Positions 47,481 through 59,550 are shown, counted from the whole stretch's first letter. The stretch is 62,724 bases of DNA, filler included, from Sphacelaria rigidula (GCA_964200075.2; 10 parts of 10 records of this genome joined end to end with filler, not necessarily neighbours in it), one strand, 5' to 3'. The notes: generated by a model not told the origin, from the letters alone. A program made the numbers and translations.

Positions 47481-49169
47481 TTACTCTTGTCTTGTGCCCG
47501 CCACATTCACCTATGGACATTATCTCGTCTTGGTTCCTCCCATGTCCTTCCATACTTTCTCGACTACTCTATCCCACCTTATTCCACCCTGCCCTCACGT
47601 ATTTTTCTTCCATACAGTACAGCCTTATCAACCACAGTATGGCTGGCAATCTCCTTCTTGTCATGTTCTTCACGCTATTTTGCCATTTCAAGTTTCTCAT
47701 GTCTCACGTGTTTCAAGTTGGCACATTCCCAATTCTGCTCTCAATGTTCCATTACTGGTCGTTTTTCAGCATCCAAGTATTTTCTTATCCAGGGAGGGAA
47801 GGCGGGGTACGTAGGTGTGCGTTTTTTTTTTTCGTGCACTCCTGGGTGCGCATGAATTTCGATGGTTCAACCGGGTGCACATATAATTTTTCCGTTGGAC
47901 GGAGGTTGCTTGGGGCATTTGTTTTTCGAAGGTACTGCATTCTGGCAGATTCTCACGTGCAGACCCCCTTACACTTTCCGAATTCTAATTATTATTTTCC
48001 CCTCGAGTTCAGCACAAACGCGCTTACCTGTCAAATTTGTGAATTTGAAAAGAAGAAAAAAATATATGATATTCTTAACCCTTTAACGACGAGCATAGGT
48101 CATCTGTAGAATCGACTTCAATTTTGCTTGGAAAAGGTATGCGTGATTCATCCAGGCGGACTGCCATCACGGTATGAAGGCTTAACGAGGAGATTATTAG
48201 CATATTGTATGTCGCGATCTGTACTTCTGAAGTAGATATTATAATCATCCCTCCTATACCCTACTCGGAGCAAATCTGAGATAGCGGGAATAACGTGAAC
48301 GGCGAGATTCCTCTGAATCAGGTGAGGGCGCCCGCGAAGGCGTCCATCCCATGCTAACACGACAGGAGGTGCAGAAGCGTATACACCTCAGTATGTAAAG
48401 TATATATATTTACCCCTCGTACAACAGTGGGAACAACACGTCTATATTCCCGTGCATACGTACCCCCTGGCTTCTAGTTGCAAAATTGTGGAACCTCATC
48501 TTTCTCTCGATACAAAAGGTTGCATGTACTCACGACCGTGCCACTTGTATCGAGACATACCAGGAACATCATTTTACGGATTATTATTATTTTTGTCCCC
48601 AGAGGACAGGAAGGAACCTTACACCATGCATGCACTTCGCTATTTCTAGTTTCGTGCAGCGCTTCGAGTCGCTCCACCCGTCAGACATGCCCACCCGAGG
48701 GTAGACATGTCCGACGAATGTATGGATAGGCACCAAGGTGGGAGTGCCCCCCCACCCACGNNNNNNNNNNCGACCAAAACCTCCTACAATCTCCCCTAGC
48801 TCGACTCTGTACACGAGTCACCCTACCCATCCGGGCGTCAGTCCTATCATTTTACGGATACACCTTTCAGCTCTCGGCAGGCATGGCAGTGGCAAGAACG
48901 GGAAAGACTAACGTCGCAAAGCTACCACCCGCGAGAGGCTGGGGGACGGAGGGGGTGTGACGGTATTACACCCTTTGGTCATGTTCTGCTGGCCTAGGCA
49001 TGACCGCGACTGCATACAGCACTGTCGGTATGTTGTACAAGATGCTTGTACCGTGGTCGTATGCACCATCCATGATGCTACTGATGGTGGACCTTGTTGC
49101 AAACTCGTCAAATTCGTCAACGCCAAAGCTAGTCAACTTGAGCTGCCCACCTTGATTCTAAACACTCAC

Positions 49170-49344
49170 CGACGTCCGCTATGGCAAGCCAGGCGACCAG
49201 AGTGAAGCTGAGCTTCCGCAAATGCTTGAAGGAAGCAAAGCATACCAATATAAACAGAGACCCCGCCAAGCTGAACGTTGCGCACACTTGGGCCGCCGCC
49301 AACAATGCATCTTGCTGCGATTCTTCCAAAGCATGTGCACCCAT
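49170..49344 (-). CDS. First exon of a GCR1 / cAMP-receptor-like (Dicty_CAR family) GPCR, TM1-TM2
   Basis: MGAH...CATFSLAGSLFILVCFASFKHLRKLSFTLVAWLAIADV closely resembles plant GCR1 TM1-ICL1-TM2 as recalled (S-x-x-GS-x-FI...F-K-x-LRK-x-SF-x-LV-x-x-LA-x-x-D). GTGAGT donor at 49169. Confidence 0.85.
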
Positions 49345-50161
49345 AGTAGATGGCTATCGTTCCGTTGACTACTGGTGAACACGACGAGTGGGTCGACACC
49401 GCGTGAAAATACGGCACGTAGAATCCTGAACCCTGTGCCGCCTGCTGCACTGCAGTCGCCTCGCGAAGTGCGGATCAGGCAGAAGGGTCATTACTCCGTA
49501 GAGAATTCTCCGCCCAAGGAAACATATGTGTCAAAAGAATTTTCCCCTTTGCGGACCGATTTAGAGGCGAACCGGTTTAGGCCGTGTCTTATCGAGACCA
49601 AAAGAAAGGGGAAGGGGAGCAATAGCGTCGAAAGGGAGCATTTTGATTAGTTGCCGCAACCATGAGCTCGCCCGGCGATCAATCAGCACCCTGCTTTTAG
49701 CGCTTGGTCTTGTCCCCGCTTTTTTTTTTGTTCGCGCGAAGTTATTGGTTAAACGTTGCGGGCGCAGCACACGCCTACTGGTTGACTTCGTGGTGGTTGG
49801 ACGTGTTCATAATACTACCGATTTACTGTTGTTGTAGTCTTGATACTTTTCGATAACATGTATGATAGAGGCGATATTTTGGAAGGTGAGGCGTCGAGAC
49901 AAGGTGCACTTCGAGTGTGATGATGCTGAAACTTCGAGTGAGTGTTTGTTGGGTAATAGATACGACCGGCGGGTATCACAGCGACAGGTAGGTTCGATAT
50001 CACTATACTAGGGACACATTCTACGATAGCCCCCCCCCAAAACCAGCTAAAAAAAGTGTCGCGAAAAAAATGGCCATGAAGCGCCTGATGTTCGGGTTCA
50101 GGCTGCATGAAGCGCCTCATATTAGCGACATTCGCTAGAACGAACCCAAGCGTGGGAATTC

Positions 50162-50261
50162 NNNNNNNNNNNNNNNNNNNNNNNNNNNNNNNNNNNNNNN
50201 NNNNNTTAATTAATTAANNNNNNNNNNNNNNNNNNNNNNNNNNNNNNNNNNNNNNNNNNNN
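50162..50261. other. Artificial contig linker
   Basis: N44-TTAATTAATTAA-N44. Confidence 0.99.
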
Positions 50262-50590
50262 CGCCAACACACGTCTTGAACACTTTGCATCACCCCACAG
50301 AGAGGAGTCTAGCCCACTTTCCAGATTCGCTTGGCTCCAAGGTTTCGAGAGCGGCCGCTGAACAAAAATCCGTGTGCAACAAACTCTACGATGATCTCCA
50401 CAGATTATTGGGCAAAGCGGCAGGGGTCGACAATAACAGATTTTTGCACACGAATTTGTTTTTAGCGGCCAATCTGGAAACCTCGGAGCCAAGCGAATCT
50501 GAGGAGCAGACTAGGCTTTTCTCTGTGGGGTGATGCAAAGCGTCCAAGGCGTGTGTCGGCGATTTTCCCTGTTTGGGGGTCAAAAGGGGG
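50262..50590. mobile_element. Foldback MITE with piggyBac-type end, left end truncated
   Basis: Inverted arms of about 125 bp (50262-50387 vs 50438-50561). Right end ...AAAAGGGGG|TTAA. Confidence 0.75.
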
Positions 50591-51027
50591 TTAAACGTCT
50601 CAAAATTGAACAATGCGTGGGCCAAAAATCTATGTGTCATAACATCCGGCCTTACTCCCGCGCCTTCTTTCGTAACGGTTACGTAAGTGCAGAGTCAGTA
50701 TGTGTGCTGTGTCTTTGCTGGATATAACGGCAGGATACATTCAGCGTACCATCGCTCCCACTGAACACAGCCAACTGCATGCTGCTGTGCCTCTGCTCAA
50801 TAGAAGAAACTCCGGATGTCCGTGGACTGTCAGCCTGTGAAACTGTTCCGACGCGATGCTCGATGTCCAAGGGGTTTTGTGACGCCTCTTGGTATACAGA
50901 CGCTACATATACACCTCCACAACGCTGACACATCCTGGGGTTGGACGTTGTTCTTTAAGTTTTTTTCAAGCTTCCCTCAAAACCTGCAGTATTGCTGAGA
51001 GGTTTTCCGGGGGGGGGGGTAGCTGGA

Positions 51028-51108
51028 GGTATCTCAAACTCGGGGTTCCCGGCATATTTGACAGCAAATTACTGTGAAACATACCGCGAACCTCGAGTTT
51101 GAAATGCC
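51028..51108. repeat. Imperfect hairpin / mini-MITE
   Basis: Inverted arms of about 37 bp with a 7-nt loop. Confidence 0.7.
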
Positions 51109-52019
51109 CCCCTGCTGATTATATACATGAAAGTCACACGTTATTTGTTCAAATCGCGAAATAATTGTTCTGAAGTTGGCCCTAATTTTCATGGTCAACC
51201 CCATTTCTCAGGATCCTCCGTCAAGAGTGGTCTCTGGACGGTGACGTGTGGTCGAACAGCCCACACACTTTCTGGGGGATAACACCCCCCCCCGTTCACC
51301 ATCCCTAACGATCATGGTAACTTTCTTCTTTCGTAGTGCTTACAGTTATCTCCTTAGATATCCCCTTCAAAGTTTTCTCCCGAGTTCCCTCCGTCTGTGC
51401 TCATTTTCCATTTGCTTGGATTCAATTATATTGGGGGAGAGATGGGTCGATCCCTCGGGACCACGGACTCGTCCCGAGGAAGGGGGGGAGTTCAAAGTGC
51501 GACGAGAAAAAACAACGAGGGCGGCGAAGTGTAACCTTTCTCAGGGCACGTCCCGCGGTCAGCAAAACAAATCGGGAATGTACTTTTTTTACTCTTTCGC
51601 GGGGTTTCAAGGGTAAGCCTGAGAAACATTCGAAAAAAACGTGAAATCCCGGGATGTGTCAGCTGCGTGAAGGTGTACGTCGCGTCTGAATAGGGAGGGC
51701 GTGACTTCAACGCACGATTTCTCCGTGTCATGGATTTAGTTTCAATCAAGCGTATCCAAAGAAAGGGAGAAACATGGCTTATGGTCGATAAAGTGTCCTC
51801 GGACAGCCCGGACACTTTTCGGAGTTCAGCACCCCTCCGACTAGCACCTCATCTTGGGGTTGAAAGTACTTATCTGCTAATACTAATAACTTGGTGCAGA
51901 TCAGGGTCGCTTTTTGCTCTTGGCCGTTTTAGTTCAAAGCCCCCACGTGTATGAGACCCGTCGTGTTGATACCTGCGGCACTGCTGCCACGCGCTTTAGT
52001 CGTGGCTTACCACTAGTCC

Positions 52020-52812
52020 TTGTATTATTGCCCTCATCACCTTGCCGCACAGCCCTTTGTGGCCGGGGTGGGTCGCCATTTCCCTCTCTGTTGCATGCGT
52101 CAAATTATCTTCGAAGGGTATTAGCGTTGCGGCACGAATGCATACAGTATGGTACAGCACAGTGTAGTACGGTAGTACGCCTCCCCGACTCCAGCAGCAG
52201 CTAGCTGCCACTGCATACTCCCTTGCATATTCTGGGCAATTCTCAGCTACCGAGACCAACTGCCCATGTACCGCTTCCTCATCCTCGCCCACTATGTACA
52301 TGCTAACTGCACACTGCAAGTCATCGGCAGAGGGGTGACCAAAATTCATGATGGTCGCTCCTTTTGTCTTGCCACGGTCCACGTGTGCCTCATGAAAAGG
52401 TTTAGTGCCTCGTGAAAATGGCCACACTGTAGAATGTACACTCCTTCCGTTTTTTTCCGCTCCACCATTGTTAGTGTAGTTACTACAGTACGTTTCTAGT
52501 ATAGAATTGCGACCCGAAATTTCCCCGGAAAATCTCGGGAACGCTATACTGAATTCAAGTAATACCATAAAACCAAGCTGTGACCACCCTGCATTTGGAA
52601 ACCTAGAAAGGCTTGTCTGGGCCAGGGATAGGGCCCCCACACGATCTTTGTAGTGGCATCACACTCGACAACAATCCCGCGATGGTCGTTCGGGTCTGGT
52701 CGATAATTTTTTCGCCTCGCCGTGATTGGGCAGGTCGCTCGAAGACTTATTTTTTATTATTCCACCAACACAGGGTTGACCCTGTGTTGGGAGGGGGTTG
52801 GTCCCAAAAGGG
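52020..52812 (-). mobile_element. piggyBac-like terminal fragment, copy 2
   Basis: Inverted homolog of 5355-6110. Subterminal hairpin CCAACACAGGG-TTGA-CCCTGTGTTGG. Confidence 0.65.
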
Positions 52813-52814
52813 CT

Positions 52815-52978
52815 CAATTTTTCCACAACGGGCAAGGACTCAAGTGCTCGCTCTACTCAATTTTTCCTCAACGAGCGATGACTCCAGTACTCGCCCCAGT
52901 AATATTTACGGCCAACGAGTAGCCCAACGAGTGCGACTGCTACAAGTCCCACTCGTGCTCGTCCGACGTGTGCAAAAC
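52815..52978 (+). repeat. Degenerate arm fragment of the 42-bp-repeat foldback family
   Basis: Matches 23560-23722 (two units plus the CCCAACGAG...GTCCGACGTGTG inner module). Confidence 0.75.
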
Positions 52979-52994
52979 TGACTGTTGATACATT

Positions 52995-53412
52995 GGGAAA
53001 GGAGAAGAAGCATACATATCAACCCCGCAAAGCCCACCAGACTTTCCGGATTTTGTCAATGTTCATTGATCAATTTCTTGCAACAAAGTTAGCAGAAAAA
53101 TATCCAAAAAATAAGGACAAATTCGAAAAAATGCCCTCCGGCGTCTGAGGTCATCAGGACAGAGTGGGCAAGGAGCAGAAGCAGGTATACGAACCCCGCA
53201 GAGCCCATCAGACTTTTAGGTTTTTGCGAGTGTTTATTGATCATTTTCTTCCAACAACATTGAAAGAAAAATGGTGACACAGCGTTACATTGATCAATTT
53301 TTTGCAACGAAGTTGACATAAAAACTAGAAGAAATATATCACAAATTTCGAAACAATGGGCTCCGCAGCGGGGGGCTACGTGTCCGAATTTTTTCTTCGC
53401 ACTGCCCCCAGG
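52995..53412. mobile_element. Partial copy of the CAGG-terminal MITE, with internal duplication
   Basis: Reverse-complement similarity to 57752-57990. Confidence 0.65.
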
Positions 53413-53535
53413 CTGGCAAAACCACAACATGCTGTGTAGAACAAACAGGTGCATAACGAAAAATGACAAAGCTTTCAGGCTACGGTAAAACGAAAAATAG
53501 CAAAGATTTCAGCTCAACACATGGCTCGCACGCAC

Positions 53536-53959
53536 CTGAGGATCTGTTTGAACTGTTGGGACAGTCTTCCCGGCTAGGGTCTGTTACAACGAGCGGTCCG
53601 GCCGCTGTTGAAGTAGGACCAGCAGCAGATGCGGAGATTCCGAGTCCGTGCGCGGGAACAGGTGTAGTGGTCGTGTCTCCAACACTTGACTCACTCCACC
53701 TGGCGGGAAGTTGCCCGGGAAGTGGCGCAGTTTTTGCCGAGTGGAAGTCTCCTGCCAGAATCTGTGGTTGCACTGCGGGAGAATGGGTTGGGCATATGAT
53801 GCCCTGCTGACCAACGCTCGCGCTCTCATTGTGAGCATTGTTGGCGGTATCCATACCACAATGCCCCTGCTGCTGTTGTTGTTGCTGCTGCTCCGCGGTC
53901 TCCATACTAAAGTGCTGCTGCCCCTGCTGCTGCTTCTCCGTGGTGTCCATGCCACAGTT
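53536..53959 (-). CDS. Putative internal exon of a low-complexity Gln/Ser/Thr/Pro-rich protein
   Basis: TAG acceptor at 53960-53962, CAG|GTGCGT donor, 424 nt open. Three [CF][GS]M[DE]T repeats separated by polyQ. No recognisable domain. Confidence 0.5.
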
Positions 53960-54600
53960 CTAGCCGTGGTTTGTTTGTGTGAGTGGACTGTGCGTGTCGT
54001 GTCGTGCCGTGTACTGCGCACGCCTTACAATGCGTCGTCTCTCTTGTGCGCGGGTGAAATAAAAATGTGTGTGTGCGGGTAGTTTCAAAACTATGACAAG
54101 AGACCGGCGGGTCTGCTCAAACCTGCCGTGGAACTGCTTCTATCGTACAGGCAGGTTCTGTGAATTTGCCTTTGCAGGCAGATGATATACGCCGGCCGTA
54201 CAGGCAGATATACAGCGGCCGCGATACGTAGGCTTTTGCTTTTTATGCACGCATATAATTTCGCTTTGAACGGGGTTTTTTTGCGCATAAGCATACGCTT
54301 TTTTTGAAAACATAATATATATCTTTTCGTGGATTTCAGCATAACAAAGGCATAAAAGCCAAGTTTTACTCATAACTTCGCGCACCTAGTTCTCCAACGG
54401 GATTATTCACCCCATGTCCAGCAGCTAGTAGCTGCCCACGGATGCTCCATGTGGCGTGGTTCGTGGAGTCGTGGCGGTTGTGTTCGTAAATTATTTTTTT
54501 GAACTTTGTTGCGGGTCTGATATTGTTTACGGTGCTGTACGTGAGCTACTTCTTCATGTTTATGTGAAACTGACTGAAAAAAAGTTATACCCTCTAAAAA

Positions 54601-54716
54601 AGAATACACGGTCAAAAAATGTACTGCGTACAGTATGGAATCTATCATCTACTGCTATATAGCAGTAGACGATAGATTCCATACTGTACGCAGTACATTT
54701 TGTGACCGTGTATTCT
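54601..54716. repeat. 116-bp spacerless palindrome
   Basis: 58-bp arms with 2 mismatches, centre TATATA. Imperfect extension to about 54586-54731. Confidence 0.95.
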
Positions 54717-54961
54717 ATTGTCCAGGGTATGAAAAAAATGATATCTCGAAATATTCAACATGCCGTCTTGTTTTCTTGCTGGGATGTACGTTCCATGGGC
54801 GGTTCGGTGCCTCCAGGAACCCGCCAGGAACCGCCTCAAGAAGGACGCGAAAAAGGCGCATAAGATGCTGTGATGAAGCTCAGAGGCGTTGCAAGATATA
54901 CTCTGTGCGGGTCTGCTCGTAGACCCTGGATTCCGTGACGCGTTGTTACCGCGTTTGCTAC

Positions 54962-55320
54962 TGTCATAAGTTAGGGTTGTTTAGCCGCGGCCGCACGCAG
55001 CGGTCCCCCTTCTTGATCAGTTGCTGCCCTTGCCGTGGTCTACCCTGGGCCATCACTACGCTCTGCTTCTATGGCTGCCCCGCGGCTGTACTGAGTAAGA
55101 GAGCTGCTTGTAGATAAGACATGATGCTAAGCACACACGTGAGTTCCTTATCAAGAGTCTGAACTTGAATGAATCTACATTGTGATAAGTCAAGGGAGGA
55201 TAGCTAGGTCTGTGTGAGTTTGCCCACGTGGGAGCTTGGTGAGGCTGACACCATGGTATCTCCTGGCACTCATACTGATAGACCCCAGCCACTGCATTAG
55301 CTAGCTCCCTCTTTATGACA
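54962..55320 (-). mobile_element. Putative 3' LTR of a Gypsy element (359 bp)
   Basis: TGTCATAA...TTATGACA 8-bp terminal inverted repeat, directly downstream of the minus-strand integrase region. Confidence 0.7.
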
Positions 55321-55435
55321 ATGTCTAGTTCCACCTCGATTTAATCCAGCCCTATCACCCACATGCGCGGAATATTTGACGGTTCATGGGAACGTGCCCA
55401 CCCCAGTTCCAGCACCCAACAAATTCCCTGCCCCT

Positions 55436-56265
55436 TCACCAGCCATGCGCGAAATATTTGGCAGTTTTCCGCAGCATGTGAATGTGCCAGCACCAGTCCC
55501 CCGGTTGACCACGGCTCTCATCGAGGGTGGCCCACTTCAGATGTACAGCGTACTTCCGCCCCAAATCCATCATGGCTTCCGCCCCAAATTCATCATGCGG
55601 AGAGTGTGCGGACGCTCCCGCTGACCTGGGTTCTCCTCCAGTCCCACCACCTCGGACAACTGCCAACCTGCGGAAGCCGTTTTAAAATACACGTAAGTGC
55701 CCACAATGTCAGGGTTGTACAGATCGGGTCCATCCTTCCGCCGTTTCGACACCTTATAACCCGGCCCCACGTAATATCCTCATTTCTTGGCTTTATGTTT
55801 TGCTTTGATAAAAACATCTTCTTGCCTCACCAACTCGTACGCCTTTACCTGCCGATCTCTCATCAGCTGGAGATAATCCGACTGATCGGCCTTCAAACCC
55901 TGGTGCCCCTGCACCCCCCTACCTTCCAGAATGGCCATGGGCATGCGCGGGTATCGTCCAATATGTACCTCATTTTGAGACAACCCGGTACCCCTACTGA
56001 TAAAATTGTTGGGTGCTAAGATCGCCTGCATTAAAGACTCATCCCAGTTCCTCTGATCGTCCACTACCAAATACGACAGCATTTGACACAAGGTGTGATT
56101 CAACCGCTCCACCATCCCATTCGTCTGAGGGTGATACGAGCTTGTGAACCGCTTTATTGCACCTATCATTTCATACACCGACCTACACACCGCTGAAATA
56201 AACTCCGCCCCCCGATTCGACAAGAAAGCGTTCGAGCAACCCCATCGTGGCACATAATCCCCCAC
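55436..56265 (-). pseudogene. Gypsy integrase C-half and C-terminal extension, internally deleted
   Basis: LSNRGAEF...TSSYHPQTNGMVERLNHTLCQML (55780-56265). GTYVYFKTASAGWQLSEV...GDWCWHIH (55436-55770) is broken by a 23-bp tandem duplication. Confidence 0.85.
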
Positions 56266-56443
56266 TGAGTCATCCTATGATAGGGGGGGGGGGGATTTGG
56301 TTGCACGAAAAACGAGGCTCATACGTGTGTCAGACATCCTTCCACATTTCTTGGCTTTATGTTTTGCTTTGATAAAAACATCTTCTTGCCTCACCAACTC
56401 GTACGCCTTTACCTGCCGATCTCTCATCAGCTGGAGATAATCC

Positions 56444-56543
56444 NNNNNNNNNNNNNNNNNNNNNNNNNNNNNNNNNNNNNNNNNNNNTTAATTAATTAAN
56501 NNNNNNNNNNNNNNNNNNNNNNNNNNNNNNNNNNNNNNNNNNN
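56444..56543. other. Artificial contig linker
   Basis: N44-TTAATTAATTAA-N44. Confidence 0.99.
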
Positions 56544-56681
56544 ACTGCTTTGTTTACTCACGCTCTCACGCTTTCCACGGTGGAAATCATACATTACGAA
56601 GAAAAAACCCAACGCATCGGGAATCGAACCCCGTTTTCTCCACCCAAGTGACGATAGTTGGGCAATTACATCACCGGGGCG
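56544..56681 (-). mobile_element. tRNA-derived SINE head
   Basis: Minus strand reads CGCCCCGGTGATGTAATTG...GGTTCGATTCC (B box). Same start as the SINE at 37160. Confidence 0.55.
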
Positions 56682-57462
56682 CGGCGGCTTTGGATGGTAT
56701 TTTTGTCGTCATCACCTTGCCACACAGCCCTTTGTGGTTGGGGTGGGCCGCCATTTCCCCCTTTGTTGCATGCGGCATATTCTCTTCGAAGGGTATCAGC
56801 GTGGCGCCGCGCATACCACAGAGTATAGTGTAGTACAGTACAGTACGCCTCTCCGACTGCAGCAGCAGCTGCCGCTGCATACTCCCTTGCACCTTCTGGG
56901 CAATTCTCAGCCACCGAGATCAACAGCCTTTATACCGCTTCTTCATCCTCGCCTACTACATACATGTTGACTGTACACTGCAAGTCATCGGCAGAGGGAT
57001 AGGCAGAACTCATGACGGTAGCTCCTCTTGTCTTTCTACGGCCCGCCTGAATTTAGTACCTCGTGAAAATGACGACATTGTGGCATGTACACTCCTTCCT
57101 GGGGGGTTTTCCGGTCGACCATGTGTCAGTATAAATTACTGCGTTTCAGCATAGAATTGGGACCCAAAAAACACTGGGGAAAAACTCGGGAACGATATAC
57201 CAAGTGCAAGTAATACCATAAAAACAAGCTGCGACCACCCTGCACTTGGAAACCTGTGAAGGCTTATCTGAGCCAGGGATAGGGCCCCCGTACGATCTTT
57301 GCAGTGGCATCACACTCGCGAACAATCCCTGCGCTGGTCATTCGGGTCTGGTCGATAAATTTTGCCTCGCCATGATTGGGCACGTCGCTCGAAGACTTAT
57401 TTCTATTCATTTCACCAACAAGGGGTTGACCCTGTGTTAGTGGGGGTCCGGTCCCAACGGGG
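56682..57462 (-). mobile_element. piggyBac-like terminal fragment, copy 3
   Basis: Ends ...GTCCCAACGGGG|TTAA (TTAA at 57463-57466). Homologous to 5355-6150. Confidence 0.7.
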
Positions 57463-57511
57463 TTAAGGAGCATCCTTGTTCTTTCAACAAACCTGGCTAT
57501 AGCATCGTGAG

Positions 57512-58844
57512 TAGAGTTCGGTTGGGTCTGAAAATGGCCCCAATAGGACAGATATATTGGGTAAAAAATATCGCATGAATCTGCAACCTTGCATAAGAAA
57601 TATCACATCCGGATATCTGGACTATCCTATGCGCATCCGAGATCGCACCCGATATCCCTCCAGATATCCCTGAATATAGGGACGAGTCGCCCACGTTATA
57701 CAGATTTACTTCAAGGGTGTTGTATACTTGTGTTATGTATGTGTGTGTACCCAGGAGGCAGCGCGAAGAAAATTTTCGGACACCTGGTCCCGCCCCCTCC
57801 CCTCCCGGAGGTGTTTTTTTCGAGAATTGTCTCTTTTTTTCTGTCAATTTTGTTGTAATAAGTTCATCAATGAAGACTGCTTTGACTTCTTCTCTTGAAT
57901 TTGTTGCAAGAAATTGATCAGTAAACACTGACGAAAACCGCAAATTATGGCGGGCTTTGCGGGGTTTATATATTTACTCCTTCTCCTTGCCCGCTCCGTC
58001 CCGAAAGGATCTCTGTCCACGGCAACTGACCGCATCCACCAACGCTTCGGCAATAAACCAAGGGATAGACGGCTAGGTATCCACCCCTCCCTCAAAAACT
58101 CAAATTTTCGATTTTGGGGCCTAGGTGTCCAGAATTTGTTTTCACGCTGCCCCCCTGGTGTAACGAGTGACGAGTTACGTGTCTCGTCAGTGAGCTGCAT
58201 ACACGTATGCACGTGCCAGGCATACTGCAGAGAGGCAGACACGACAGCGCAAGAGGGACGACGCGTCCAAACGCTCAAACGCTCAAACGCTCAAACGCTA
58301 ACAAGCAGAGCAAACAAGTATAATAGAAGCAAGACACGCCTTCAAGTGACGGTAGTTGGTATTGTTGTCAAGTTTTTCTTCTTCTGTTACTACCGTATAT
58401 TCGTGACATTACTTTGCTGTCCAGATGCAGTGCTGTTGGCTGGGGGTGTCGACCGGGAGTTGCTCATCGCACATGTGTGGTGTGTGGTGTATGGTGTATA
58501 GTAGTTGTTTTTCGTGTGCACGGGTGTGGTGCGGCGACACCACTGTTACATGCGCGTCAAGCACCTAGAGTCGGGAGACAACATAAAATAAGGCTGATTC
58601 TGGTATCAAAGAATCCGTATCCCACATATATTGGGTATATTGGCTAAATTTGGGCAAGATATATCATATCCGGAATATCTATGCGAGAATATGCGGATAT
58701 AGTGGGCAATGTTTGGGGATATTTTCTCGCATAAGATCAATCTTCAAGTTGGGGCTCAAAAACACGCGTAGATTATATAAATATCCTGTGCGTATTAGGG
58801 GCGAAATATTTTCGACCCAATACAGTACCCAATACCGAACTCTA
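57512..58844. mobile_element. hAT-type non-autonomous element (1333 bp including a nested MITE)
   Basis: TIR TAGAGTTCGGT / ACCGAACTCTA. Perfect 8-bp TSD ATCGTGAG (57504-57511, 58845-58852). ATATCC/ATCCG subterminal motifs. Confidence 0.9.
57752..58157. mobile_element. Nested MITE with CAGG...CCTG termini
   Basis: Imperfect TIRs of about 33 bp. Flanks GTGTACC / GTGTAAC. Homolog at 52995-53412. Confidence 0.75.
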
Positions 58845-59550
58845 ATCGTGAGCATCTTCATTGGGGAAACACTACCTGCAACCCGTGAACGACTAAACTC
58901 ACGGCACAAAGGAAGTACTGTACTGCACTTCAGGTATCACCATCATTAACGACATTCGTTTACAACAGCGATGATTACCCGAGGTCACCCGACTGACACA
59001 CCTCATGGTCTCTTCCGGACTGTAGCAGCAGCATACATGTACACGAACAAATGAGTATACCGACTGTAGAAATGATCAAGCAGGAGATAGATTAGGGGGC
59101 TATCTGACAGTTTGACGTGATTACAATGTACACTCTTGATTACAACCACACGGTCTGTTGCCAAGAGCAACTACCTGCTTCATGATGCTGTGATCTGCTG
59201 TTGTATCCGCGCAGACAGCCGGACAGCTGCGTTGCTTTTGGAAAATCGCTCAGGTTTTAAATCTTTGATGTTGCTGGGTTCGGCAGCGGCAGTAGATTGC
59301 TGTCGAACACAACAAGAGGTACGCGAAAGATTGATGCAGAGTTTGAATATTTTTGGTACGCTTGCTTTCTGTCGGTCGTGCGCTCAGATATACTCACCAA
59401 ACCACGAGCTGTAGAAATTACTCTTACTATTAGTACAGACAATGCCGTAGTGTGCCGTCTGTGCAGCACAGCAGGCAGGTTGGTTGCTACTGGATTCTTC
59501 TGCTCCTCACTTCGAAAGCAAGTCAAATTTTCCTGGGTTTGTCTGAGAAC

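Larger units (their letters stand above)
45108..47790 (-). mobile_element. 5'-truncated LINE 3' portion with three nested DNA-transposon insertions
   Basis: Segments 45121-45335, 46515-46578, 46957-47290 and 47481-47790 are colinear with about 7460-8350. Confidence 0.85.

Noticed and set aside
46949..48109. 386-aa hydrophobic ORF (also 8020-8697 and 10385-10897)
   Set aside because: These are antisense frames of purine-rich LINE sequence; the 386-aa one also runs through a MITE. No domain motifs.
50679..50933. Possible further exon of the 53536-53959 gene (also 51492-51815)
   Set aside because: The phase is compatible but the splice signals are weak and there is no recognisable protein similarity.
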